Assembly: GCF_004138285.1 (NCBI RefSeq)
Contig: NZ_SCFN01000026.1
Coordinates: 1 to 24,000 of the forward strand
Length of the DNA: 24,000 nt
From: Gottfriedia acidiceleris
Lineage (GTDB): Bacteria > Bacillota > Bacilli > Bacillales > Bacillaceae_G
Direction: 5' to 3'
Under the pieces are notes generated by a model that did no database searches, was not told the DNA's origin, and saw only the letters and a list, made by a program, of their open reading frames with translations. The position numbers were made by a program, and so were the translations under genes. Each line of letters begins with the position of its first letter. Positions within the stretch are counted from its first letter, which is position 1. Positions 9,262 through 16,839 of the stretch are shown here, piece by piece.

Positions 9262-9336
9262 TGGCTGGGCTACCTGGATTCGAACCAGGGCATGACGGAA
9301 TCAAAATCCGTTGCCTTACCGCTTGGCTATAGCCCA
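9262..9336 (-). tRNA. tRNA-Gln(UUG), copy 2, CCA encoded
   Basis: 75/75 identical to 8779-8853. Sits between core copies 3 and 4. Confidence 0.95.
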
Positions 9337-9375
9337 TTGATTTAGCATCATGAACTAACTCCTTCGAATTAACTA

Positions 9376-9461
9376 CATGAACCTGCAACGCAGGATTTTT
9401 TTTTATGTTGTATTGCTTTTACCTCTCGAATTAACTCCGCAAGATAAAAAACAATCCGACA
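9376..9461. repeat. 84-bp conserved core repeat, copy 4 of 5
   Basis: Same core, 86 nt: loop change ACC to AAC, T9 run, and TGCCCTACC replaced by TGCTTTTACC. Confidence 0.9.
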
Positions 9462-9500
9462 ATTTCGGAATTCATCTTTACCTAAAGTACAAGTAACCTT

Positions 9501-9583
9501 CATGAACATACACCGCAGGATTTTTTTTATGTTGTATTGCCCTACCTCTCGAATTAACTCCGCAAGATAAAAACAATCCGACA
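9501..9583. repeat. 84-bp conserved core repeat, copy 5 of 5
   Basis: Same core, 83 nt: CCTGC replaced by CATAC (small hairpin lost) and an A5 run. Confidence 0.9.
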
Positions 9584-9602
9584 TTTCAAAATATTTTTTA
9601 TA

Positions 9603-9631
9603 AATCTAACTCCATATAACCACTCTTGCTA
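9603..9631 (-). promoter_or_regulatory. weak candidate promoter for the downstream Gln-Gln-Lys-Leu segment
   Basis: Minus strand TAGCAA (9631-9626), 17 nt, TAGATT (9608-9603). Both hexamers are imperfect. This is the only plausible sigma-A match between the internal terminator and the repeat array. Confidence 0.3.
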
Positions 9632-9640
9632 TTTTTCTCC

Positions 9641-9672
9641 AAATAAAGAAAAAAATACTACAATTTGTAGTA
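9641..9672 (-). terminator. rho-independent terminator immediately after tRNA-Asp (internal to the tRNA cluster)
   Basis: Minus strand TACTAC-AAATT-GTAGTA (up to 8 bp as TACTACAA/TTGTAGTA), followed by TTTTTTTCTTTATTT. Starts 5 nt after the CCA of tRNA-Asp. Confidence 0.7.
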
Positions 9673-9677
9673 AATAA

Positions 9678-9753
9678 TGGCGGTCCCGACCGGGATCGAA
9701 CCGGCGATCTCCTGCGTGACAGGCAGGCATGTTAACCGCTACACCACGGGACC
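9678..9753 (-). tRNA. tRNA-Asp(GUC), CCA encoded
   Basis: Minus strand GGTCCCGTGGTGTAGCGGTTAACATGCCTGCCTGTCACGCAGGAGATCGCCGGTTCGATCCCGGTCGGGACCGCCA. Anticodon loop CTGTCAC. Confidence 0.92.
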
Positions 9754-9765
9754 ATATGAAGTTAA

Positions 9766-9841
9766 TGGTGGAGGATGACGGGCTCGAACCGCCGACCCCC
9801 TGCTTGTAAGGCAGGTGCTCTCCCAGCTGAGCTAATCCTCC
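9766..9841 (-). tRNA. tRNA-Val(UAC), CCA encoded
   Basis: Minus strand GGAGGATTAGCTCAGCTGGGAGAGCACCTGCCTTACAAGCAGGGGGTCGGCGGTTCGAGCCCGTCATCCTCCACCA. Confidence 0.95.
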
Positions 9842-9850
9842 AGGATAAAA

Positions 9851-9925
9851 TGGTGACCCGTACGGGACTCGAACCCGTGTTACCGCCGTGAAAGGGCGGT
9901 GTCTTAACCGCTTGACCAACGGGCC
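9851..9925 (-). tRNA. tRNA-Glu(UUC), CCA encoded
   Basis: Minus strand GGCCCGTTGGTCAAGCGGTTAAGACACCGCCCTTTCACGGCGGTAACACGGGTTCGAGTCCCGTACGGGTCACCA. Confidence 0.95.
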
Positions 9926-9932
9926 GTATATA

Positions 9933-10023
9933 TGGCAGAGAAGAAGGGATTCGAACCCTCGCACCGCGTAAACGATCTACACCCTTAGCAGGGGCGCCCC
10001 TTGAGCCACTTGGGTACTTCTCT
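9933..10023 (-). tRNA. tRNA-Ser(GCU), class II, CCA encoded
   Basis: Minus strand AGAGAAGTACCCAAGTGGCTCAAGGGGCGCCCCTGCTAAGGGTGTAGATCGTTTACGCGGTGCGAGGGTTCGAATCCCTTCTTCTCTGCCA. Anticodon loop CTGCTAA, long variable arm. Confidence 0.92.
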
Positions 10024-10030
10024 AAAATAA

Positions 10031-10105
10031 TGGCTCCGCAGGTAGGGTTCGAACCTACGACCACTCGGTTAACAGCCGAGTGCTCTACCACTGAGCTACT
10101 GCGGA
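10031..10105 (-). tRNA. tRNA-Asn(GUU), CCA encoded
   Basis: Minus strand TCCGCAGTAGCTCAGTGGTAGAGCACTCGGCTGTTAACCGAGTGGTCGTAGGTTCGAACCCTACCTGCGGAGCCA. Confidence 0.95.
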
Positions 10106-10152
10106 AAAATACTAATCTTTTCATCAAGTGCTAAAACGTGATGACAAGTATT

Positions 10153-10182
10153 AATATAAACTAAATGCATATTAGATGTCAA
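10153..10182 (-). promoter_or_regulatory. sigma-A promoter of the Asn-Ser-Glu-Val-Asp tRNA operon
   Basis: Minus strand TTGACA (10182-10177), then 17-18 nt to TTATAT/TATATT (10159-10153). Lies just after the sprT stop and about 45 nt before tRNA-Asn. Shares the TGTTGACA -35 context with the promoters at 96-101 and 212-217. Confidence 0.6.
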
Positions 10183-10188
10183 CACTAT

Positions 10189-10641
10189 TTATAATAGTTT
10201 TAATGGACTTTTGCATAAACCACATACATAGCGGCTTAGGTCCACTTTTCTTTTTCTTAAGAAGGCTTGCCCACACCCTGAACATCTATATTTATACTTA
10301 TAAGAATGCGTTCTTTTTTTTATTGAATTTAGTGGTTTACAATACCTAGGAGCACCTACCTTTTTTAACAGTTCTTTAAAATCTTTATCTTCGTGCTTAT
10401 ATCCTTTCTTCATAATATGAAGATGATAATGACACAACTCGTGTAATATGATCCCCTTTAACTCTTCGATTCCGTGTTCTTCAAAATAAAACTTATTTAG
10501 TTCGATATTACTTGTTTTTAATAAATACCTACCACCGGTTGTCCTCAATCTAGTATTGAAAGAAGCTTGGTGAAGAAATGGTCGATTGAAATATGTGAGT
10601 GATAGTTCTTCAACTAGTTTTTGTATCTCCTCATTATCCAT
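10189..10641 (-). CDS. sprT: SprT-like zinc metalloprotease-domain protein (B. subtilis YdcK equivalent)
   Basis: 150 aa with HELCHYHLH (HExxH) and a C-terminal CxxC...CxxC zinc ribbon. Its position between tex and the trnS-like tRNA operon matches B. subtilis. Confidence 0.85.
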   Translation of the reverse strand: MDNEEIQKLVEELSLTYFNRPFLHQASFNTRLRTTGGRYLLKTSNIELNKFYFEEHGIEELKGIILHELCHYHLHIMKKGYKHEDKDFKELLKKVGAPRYCKPLNSIKKRTHSYKYKYRCSGCGQAFLRKRKVDLSRYVCGLCKSPLKLL

Positions 10642-10881
10642 TTATGAATCGCCATCCTTTTTTTCTTATTAATTATAACTGAACAACTCACAAATTCTTG
10701 GGTATGCGCATACATTAAACTTACAAATGAGAATTTCAAAAGATCTTATTAGTACGATTTATGCTAAATGGGCTGCTCTTAGTAAATCTCTCTACATCGG
10801 CGTAATTTTTACTATCAAAATGAACAATACAGTTATCCTTTTTATACAATGTATCGGAAGGTTACCCCTCACTCATTTATT

Positions 10882-10920
10882 TCATCGCCCATCCTCAAAA
10901 AAAGATGGGCGAAGATTTTT
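10882..10920 (+). terminator. orphan plus-strand rho-independent terminator between two minus-strand genes
   Basis: Stem 10882-10893 / 10904-10915 (core TCGCCCATC/GATGGGCGA, one internal mismatch), A-rich loop, then TTTTT (10916-10920). On the minus strand no U-tract follows the hairpin. Confidence 0.55.
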
Positions 10921-10938
10921 AAGTTGGAGGTTTTCATC

Positions 10939-11055
10939 ATGGTAATGCCTAGTTGGCTTAAATCTCAAATTCAAAAAGCATTTTATGAAAAAAACCGTTA
11001 TCAAATTAAATTATTGAATCAATGTTGGTTTTATTATCAAAAAATTAAGCTTTAA
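10939..11055 (+). CDS. hypothetical 38-aa small protein (speculative)
   Basis: GGAGG (10926-10930) lies 8 nt upstream of ATG 10939. ORF MVMPSWLKSQIQKAFYEKNRYQIKLLNQCWFYYQKIKL. Its stop overlaps the convergent tex stop by 11 nt. No recognisable family. Confidence 0.25.
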   Translation: MVMPSWLKSQIQKAFYEKNRYQIKLLNQCWFYYQKIKL

Positions 11056-13243
11056 CGATTTCTTTCGATTCAATTGGTAGCATAGATAAACCTACTCTTT
11101 GTTTCTTTTGGTCTACTTCAGCAATCCATACCTTTATTACTTGTCCAACTGATACTACATCAAGCGGATGCTTAATAAATTTGCTACTTATTCTAGAAAT
11201 ATGAACAAGACCATCGTTCTTTAGTCCAATGTCAACAAACGCACCAAAATCGACTACATTTCTTACTGTTCCTTCAAGTTCCATCCCTATTTTTAGGTCT
11301 TCAATTTGAAGAACATCTTGGCGAAGGATTGGTGCTGCTAATTCATCTCGTAGATCTCTTTCAGGTTGCATTAGTGATGCTAAAATATCTTTTAGCGTAA
11401 TTTCACCAATATCTAGTTGCTCTGATACTTCTTTTAAATTAATAGTCTTTAACTTTTCTTTCAATTCATTCGAACCAATTTGACTCGTTGAGAAATTTAA
11501 TTGCTTTAATAATTTTTTTACTTGTACGTAGCTCTCTGGGTGAATACTTGTACGGTCTAAAGGCTCATCTCCTTCAAGAACACGTAAAAATCCAATACAT
11601 TGCTCATATGTTTTAGCGCCTAATCTCGGTATTGTTTTAAGCTCTTTTCGGTTTGTAATTTTCCCTTTTTCGTCACGGTAATTAACAATATTTTTCGCTA
11701 CTGTTTTGGATAAGCCCGATACGTATTGAAGTAGTGAAACTGATGCTGTATTTACATTTACACCAACTTGGTTAACAGAAGTTTCAACAACAAATGATAA
11801 TGATTCATTTAAGCTCTTTTGAGATACATCGTGTTGATATAATCCTACCCCAACAGACTTCGGATCAATTTTTACTAGTTCTGCTAACGGATCTTGTAGT
11901 CTTCTTGCAATTGATACGGCGCTTCGTTCCTCAACTTGGAAATCGGGGAACTCTTCTCTTGCTAACTCAGATGCTGAATAAACACTTGCGCCAGCTTCAT
12001 TTACGATTACATAGTAAGTATTATTTTTCATTTCTTTTAAAATTCCAGATATAAATAGCTCTGTTTCTCTTGAAGCTGTACCATTTCCAATTGCGATCAT
12101 TTCAATTTTATATTTGATAAGAATATCTTTAATTTTTGCAACTGCTTGTTCTCTTTTATTTCTTTGAACCTCTTCCCTTTCTCCTTTGAAAGGATGTGGG
12201 TAAATTACATCTATTTTGAGTACTTTCCCCGTCTCATCTACTACTGCTAATTTACAACCTGTACGAAATGCAGGGTCTACTCCTAACACGATTTTCCCTT
12301 TTAATGGTGGTTGCAGTAATAATGAACGCAAGTTTTCTGAGAAAATATTAATCGCGTGTGAATCAGCTTTTTCGGATAATTCTTTACGAATCTCTCTTTC
12401 AATTGAAGGCTGAATTAATCTTTTATATGCATCTTCAACGACTTCCATTAAGATTGGTCGTACAAAAGTGTCCTTTGTAATAACCCTTTTTTCTAAATAT
12501 AAAATTATCTCATCAAAAGGAGATTGAATTGCAACTTTTAAAATATCTTCTTTTTCAGCACGATTCATAGCTAGTATTCTATGTGGAACAATTTTTGAAA
12601 TTGGTTCAGAGTACTCGTAATACATTTCATAAACCTTTTTCTCATCTTTTTCGGAGTCTTTTACCGTACTGTCAATCGTTCCTTTTTTGAAAGTAACTTC
12701 ACGAATCCACTTTCGATAAGTTGCATCGTCTGCAATCCATTCCGCAATAATATCTTTTCCACCTTGAATAACTTCATCAACTGTATTAACTTCCAGTTCA
12801 ACATTTATGTATTTTAACGCTTCATCTGCAAGTGAACCTTCATTTGGCATTGAAAATAACCATTCTGCAAAAGGTTCTAACCCTTTATCTTTTGCAACTG
12901 TAGCGCGAGTTCTTCTTTTTTCTTTATATGGTCGGTATAAATCTTCAACTTCTTGTAGCTTTGTAGCTAATGTAATACTTTTACGTAAGTCATCAGTCAG
13001 TTTCCCTTTTTCCTCAATTAAACGGATTACTTCATCTTTTCTCGTTTGAAGATTTACCGCATACTCATATTTTTCTAAAATGGAATGAATTTGCACCTCA
13101 TCAAGAGAACCCGTTTTTTCTTTTCGATACCTGGCAATAAAGGGAATCGTATTTCCTTCTTCCTTTAGTTCAATTACGGTAGCTACTTGTTTAGATGTAA
13201 TCGATAAATCAGATGCAATTTTATTAATCAATTGTTGTGACAA
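11045..13243 (-). CDS. tex: Tex-like transcription accessory protein (YqgF/HhH/S1 domains)
   Basis: N-terminal Tex HTH region (IPFIARYRKE), a YqgF-like core, and a C-terminal S1 domain (GTVRNVVDFGAFVDIG). The track start TTG 13258 overlaps the SD; the real start is TTG 13243 (GGAGG 8 nt upstream). Confidence 0.93.
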   Translation of the reverse strand: MSQQLINKIASDLSITSKQVATVIELKEEGNTIPFIARYRKEKTGSLDEVQIHSILEKYEYAVNLQTRKDEVIRLIEEKGKLTDDLRKSITLATKLQEVEDLYRPYKEKRRTRATVAKDKGLEPFAEWLFSMPNEGSLADEALKYINVELEVNTVDEVIQGGKDIIAEWIADDATYRKWIREVTFKKGTIDSTVKDSEKDEKKVYEMYYEYSEPISKIVPHRILAMNRAEKEDILKVAIQSPFDEIILYLEKRVITKDTFVRPILMEVVEDAYKRLIQPSIEREIRKELSEKADSHAINIFSENLRSLLLQPPLKGKIVLGVDPAFRTGCKLAVVDETGKVLKIDVIYPHPFKGEREEVQRNKREQAVAKIKDILIKYKIEMIAIGNGTASRETELFISGILKEMKNNTYYVIVNEAGASVYSASELAREEFPDFQVEERSAVSIARRLQDPLAELVKIDPKSVGVGLYQHDVSQKSLNESLSFVVETSVNQVGVNVNTASVSLLQYVSGLSKTVAKNIVNYRDEKGKITNRKELKTIPRLGAKTYEQCIGFLRVLEGDEPLDRTSIHPESYVQVKKLLKQLNFSTSQIGSNELKEKLKTINLKEVSEQLDIGEITLKDILASLMQPERDLRDELAAPILRQDVLQIEDLKIGMELEGTVRNVVDFGAFVDIGLKNDGLVHISRISSKFIKHPLDVVSVGQVIKVWIAEVDQKKQRVGLSMLPIESKEIVKA

Positions 13244-13280
13244 AAATAACGCCTCCAATTTTTGGGAATTTTAAAGGACC

Positions 13281-13310
13281 TAAAATAACCCTTTCAAAAC
13301 GAAAGGGTTA
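13281..13310 (-). terminator. hairpin/terminator between ndoA and tex
   Basis: 10-bp stem TAACCCTTTC/GAAAGGGTTA, 5-nt loop, followed on the minus strand by TTTTAGGTCCTTT. Only about 25 nt separate it from the tex SD. Confidence 0.65.
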
Positions 13311-13359
13311 CAAAACATTTATTATAATCTATGTAGGTAAAGCTGCTATAAAAGCAACT

Positions 13360-13710
13360 TTAAAAATCAACAAGTCCTAAACTGATTTGCAACGCTTCGT
13401 CAACCTGATCCATCATCTCATCATCAAGATGTGTTATCTTATCGGTTAATCGTTGTTTGTCAATCGTTCGAATTTGTTCTAGTAGTATAACCGAATCACG
13501 TTCAAATCCATATTTTTTAGCATCGATTTCAACATGTGTTGGAAGCTTTGCTTTTTGGATTTGTGCTGTAATCGCAGCGACTATAACGGTAGGACTAAAA
13601 CGATTACCGATATCATTTTGTATTATGAGAACCGGACGAACTCCACCTTGTTCTGAGCCAACTACAGGGGAAAGGTCTGCAAAATATACGTCGCCACGTT
13701 TTACTATCAA
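13360..13710 (-). CDS. ndoA: MazF/EndoA-family mRNA interferase toxin
   Basis: 116 aa. [62 protein letters not shown] is nearly the B. subtilis EndoA sequence. Confidence 0.95.
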   Translation of the reverse strand: MIVKRGDVYFADLSPVVGSEQGGVRPVLIIQNDIGNRFSPTVIVAAITAQIQKAKLPTHVEIDAKKYGFERDSVILLEQIRTIDKQRLTDKITHLDDEMMDQVDEALQISLGLVDF

Positions 13711-13714
13711 GTGA

Positions 13715-13996
13715 TTACCCCCCGCTAACTAAGCGCTCCACTTTAGAATCCGCTTCAGACTCAGCATAGAATGACTCAGAAGATATTAATAAGTTGATTT
13801 TAGCCATTTCCATGTATCCACGTCGCATTTGTTCGCGACTTTGGCGTCTTTTACGATCTTTTAAAAACATCTTAGTCGCTTGATAAATATACTCATTTCG
13901 ATTACCGTTTTCTTGCTTTACTAATCCATCTAGTTCGCTTACTACGTGTTTTGGTAAACGTACTGTTATTTCAGTTGTCGCATTTAGTTCGGACAA
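13715..13996 (-). CDS. ndoAI: MazE/EndoAI antitoxin (RHH family)
   Basis: 93 aa, directly upstream of ndoA (4-nt gap). TTG start with GGAGGTG 7 nt upstream. Conserved alr-ndoAI-ndoA context. Confidence 0.9.
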   Translation of the reverse strand: MSELNATTEITVRLPKHVVSELDGLVKQENGNRNEYIYQATKMFLKDRKRRQSREQMRRGYMEMAKINLLISSESFYAESEADSKVERLVSGG

Positions 13997-14140
13997 GTTT
14001 CAGCACCTCCAGAATCAACTATTACCCATATATCTCCCTATACTACATCATATCATTATTTTCAGTGATTGGAAAGACACATATCTTCGTTTATCTTAAC
14101 CAAATAACAGTGTTTCATACTTTAATACATCAAATTACAA

Positions 14141-15307
14141 TTAATCTGATACTAGATAATTACTTATGGACTTAATATTTCCATTCTTTTTATATACCCT
14201 TGGTACCCTATGATTAATAAGGCAAGTTACTTCATAATTGATTGTATTCATATGCGTAGCGACTTCCTCAGCCGTTACCGCTCCATCCTTACTTTCTCCT
14301 ATTAAAGTCACTTTTGTACCAACAGGATAATGTTTAGAAAGCTTGATCATACACTGATCCATACAAACTCTACCAACGATTTCTGCCTTTTCACCTTCAA
14401 CCAACACAGAAAATCCTTGCATATCTCTAAGCCAGCCATCTGCATACCCGACTGGTAACGTAGCAATCCACTCTGAATCAGAAGTAAAATACGTTGCACC
14501 ATAACTTACACCACTATTAGCTGGTAATTGCTTAATATGTGAGATTTTCGTATAAAGAGATAGCGCTGGTTTTAATGTAAATGGTAGCATTGGTTTTATT
14601 TCTAAAGATGGAGTTAAACCATACATGATAATACCAACACGTACAGTATTAAATAAGTTAGTTTCTAATGCAGCCGCTGCACTATTTGCACAATGAATTA
14701 GCTCTGGAGAGAATCCACTGCTCTTAACCCATTCTATACATTCGTAAAATTTGTCTACTTGCTCATTAAAATAGGATCTATTTAGCTCATCGGCAGTAGC
14801 GAAATGTGTAAACAAACCTTCCAGTATAATTGATGGATTTTTTTGTAAGATCGATGCAGCTTGCTCCCATTCAGATTTTGTTTTCAGGCCTAATCTACCC
14901 ATCCCAGTATCAAATTTAATATGAATCATTGTACCATCTGTGCTTTTTAGATTTTTAGAAATACCTTCTAACCAATCAACATTATATGCCGTTAAAGTTA
15001 ATTTATTCTTGATTGCAACGTTAATATCCTCAGGTCTAGTTGCTCCTAACACTAAAATCGGCGCCTCTATTCCCGCGTTACGCAGAAAAATCCCTTCATC
15101 AATAAAAGCAACTAATAATCTTGTTGCTCCAGACTTTAATGCTTGTTTCGCCACTTCAACGTAACCATGTCCATATGCATTCGCTTTTAAAGCTACATAT
15201 ATTTCTTGATGATTAGGGTAAAGCGATACAATATTTTTGATGTTTTCCTCAATTGCATCTAAATCTACTTCTACCCATGTGTCGCGATAAAATGATGTTT
15301 CTGTCAT
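14141..15307 (-). CDS. alr: alanine racemase
   Basis: PLP-lysine motif VALKANAYGHG and the C-terminal YEVTCLINHRVPRVY block. The track start GTG 15316 abuts the SD; the real start is ATG 15307 (AAGGAAG 9 nt upstream; MTETSFYRDTW). Confidence 0.95.
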   Translation of the reverse strand: MTETSFYRDTWVEVDLDAIEENIKNIVSLYPNHQEIYVALKANAYGHGYVEVAKQALKSGATRLLVAFIDEGIFLRNAGIEAPILVLGATRPEDINVAIKNKLTLTAYNVDWLEGISKNLKSTDGTMIHIKFDTGMGRLGLKTKSEWEQAASILQKNPSIILEGLFTHFATADELNRSYFNEQVDKFYECIEWVKSSGFSPELIHCANSAAAALETNLFNTVRVGIIMYGLTPSLEIKPMLPFTLKPALSLYTKISHIKQLPANSGVSYGATYFTSDSEWIATLPVGYADGWLRDMQGFSVLVEGEKAEIVGRVCMDQCMIKLSKHYPVGTKVTLIGESKDGAVTAEEVATHMNTINYEVTCLINHRVPRVYKKNGNIKSISNYLVSD

Positions 15308-15420
15308 GATATACACTTCCTTATCGATTTACCCATTACTCTTTTTTTATATGTGTAAAATTATTTGCTTATTTTACTATAAATGTCAACCAATATACTA
15401 CTCAATTATAGTTTATTTAA

Positions 15421-15454
15421 AATTTAAAAAGGCGTGATAAAGCATCATCACGCC
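15421..15454 (-). terminator. rho-independent terminator after the ydcC-like gene
   Basis: 8-bp GC-rich stem GGCGTGAT/ATCACGCC, followed on the minus strand by TTTTTAAATTTT. Confidence 0.7.
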
Positions 15455-15475
15455 CTTTTAAGTTTGAAAAAAATA

Positions 15476-16495
15476 TTATTTTGTGCCTGTATCTCCGACT
15501 GATTGGGCAACTTGAATTAACTCACCTTGAGTTAAGTTTTTAGAAACAATTGTAAAATCTGTTCCACCGTATGACCATGTGATCATCTTATCTGATAACG
15601 CTCCTACCGTTTTACCTAAATCTACTGGTTCGCCAGTGATTTCCATCGTTGTTCCAGACTCTGAAATTCGTGCTTTTTCCTCAATTAAAGTAAACGATTT
15701 TTTATCACCTTTATATGAAAGTATAACCTGAACTCCATTATCTGTTTTTACTTCTTGTTGATCATCTAACACAACACCCTTCATTAAATAATTAGGGTAA
15801 AGTGTAACTAATAAATCAGGATCATTATTTGGATTTGTAGATGTAGGTACACTTAAACGAGCGCTTGTCATATTTTTCTTCACATCAAAAGCATCATTAT
15901 CAAATTTCGCATTGTATTGTACTTTATCGAATTTAACATCCAACACAACATTTTTATCTGTATCTAATAGTTTTACTGATTCAGGTGTCAGACCTTTTTT
16001 ATTAAAAGTAATTTCTTGTGTTGGGAGCAATTGTCTATTTGTGTAATTTGTTTTTGTTTCAAACACATATCCTTGCTTAGTTGTTTTAAACGTTGCATTC
16101 TTATCTTGTACTAAGTCATTAACCAATGATTCCGGTAAATATGGCTGACTGCTGTTTGATGGCCAATCACTTTGGAAGCGATAGCTTTTATTCAATGCTG
16201 GCGTTAAAACAAACACACCCTCTTTGTTTCTTAAAATAATTTGGTTTTGATCACTCTTAGCATTTTTTAATTGTACGCGGTAGTAAGAAGGCTTTTTATG
16301 CCAAATGACTACTTCATACTTTTGAGGATCATTACCGTTATTAATTGTTAATGTTGCATCGGCCTTATAGCCATTCATTTTTTCCATCTGATTGCTAAGA
16401 GAACCTACAACATCATCTTTCGATTTCTTGCCACATGCAGCCAATGATAATACTAACATGATTGTCAAAAGCATCGCTACAAGCTTTTTCTTCAT
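15476..16495 (-). CDS. ydcC: LolA-fold lipoprotein (B. subtilis YdcC-like)
   Basis: Lipobox LSLAAC after a basic/hydrophobic signal peptide. 339 aa. Conserved position between acpS and alr. SD GGAG 7 nt upstream. Confidence 0.8.
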   Translation of the reverse strand: MKKKLVAMLLTIMLVLSLAACGKKSKDDVVGSLSNQMEKMNGYKADATLTINNGNDPQKYEVVIWHKKPSYYRVQLKNAKSDQNQIILRNKEGVFVLTPALNKSYRFQSDWPSNSSQPYLPESLVNDLVQDKNATFKTTKQGYVFETKTNYTNRQLLPTQEITFNKKGLTPESVKLLDTDKNVVLDVKFDKVQYNAKFDNDAFDVKKNMTSARLSVPTSTNPNNDPDLLVTLYPNYLMKGVVLDDQQEVKTDNGVQVILSYKGDKKSFTLIEEKARISESGTTMEITGEPVDLGKTVGALSDKMITWSYGGTDFTIVSKNLTQGELIQVAQSVGDTGTK

Positions 16496-16796
16496 CTCCC
16501 CAGCTCCTTTATTCCTCTTAAATTGTAAAAAAGAGAATTTTATGCAAAGGCTTATGAATAAATGTGCGCGAGTAGCTTAGAAGTAAAATCTAGATTTATT
16601 CATGCACGTTGCAACCTTGCTTCTCATATCCTCATAGAACTATATGAGGTCAAGCTCTAAAATATGCAGACTAGCATGACAAGCTAATTTAAAATATTTA
16701 AAGAAAACTCTCTGATTGGTGAGTCTGTAAGTAAAGACAATGGTGTAGTTACACATATTAATTAATCTATAAAATTTAGCAACTACGTCGAGTATG

Positions 16797-16826
16797 AAAA
16801 AAGAAAAGCCACTCAAATGAGTGACT
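16797..16826 (-). terminator. rho-independent terminator after acpS
   Basis: 8-bp stem (16807-16814/16819-16826) with one pair that forms (G:U) only in minus-strand RNA. Followed by TTTCTTTTTT. Confidence 0.75.
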
Positions 16827-16839
16827 GTTTAAAAAGGTA

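Noticed and set aside
9369-9584. 71-aa minus-strand ORF with an internally repeated FYLAELIREV motif
   Set aside because: It is produced by reading through core copies 5 and 4. Homopolymer length differences put the other copies in different frames, no SD is present, and the frame is not conserved among copies.
8854-9640. CRISPR-like reading of the repeat array (conserved repeats with variable spacers)
   Set aside because: The repeats are ~84 bp, far longer than CRISPR repeats. The 38-39-nt 'spacers' are homologous to one another, so they are diverged copies rather than acquired sequences. tRNA genes sit inside the array and no cas genes are present.
9629-10127. 111-aa and 121-aa minus-strand ORFs across 9629-10127
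   Set aside because: They are translations of the five tRNA genes (Asp, Val, Glu, Ser, Asn). The GC-rich tRNA sequence simply lacks stop codons.
10727-10945. 72-aa plus-strand ORF in the sprT-tex gap (and the 68-aa version at 10849-11055)
   Set aside because: The ORF reads straight through the terminator hairpin and has no SD at its start. Only the SD-preceded 38-codon 3' portion (10939-11055) is kept, as a low-confidence candidate.
13360-13996. mazEF pair as a novel defence or toxin-antitoxin island
   Set aside because: The sequence is nearly identical to the conserved chromosomal EndoAI/EndoA (ndoAI-ndoA) pair found downstream of alr throughout Bacillales. It is well described.
15361-15389. 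TTGACA at 15389-15384 (minus strand) as the alr promoter
   Set aside because: The -35 match is perfect, but no acceptable -10 hexamer lies at 16-18 nt (AAATAA/AATAAT only). It is left uncalled.
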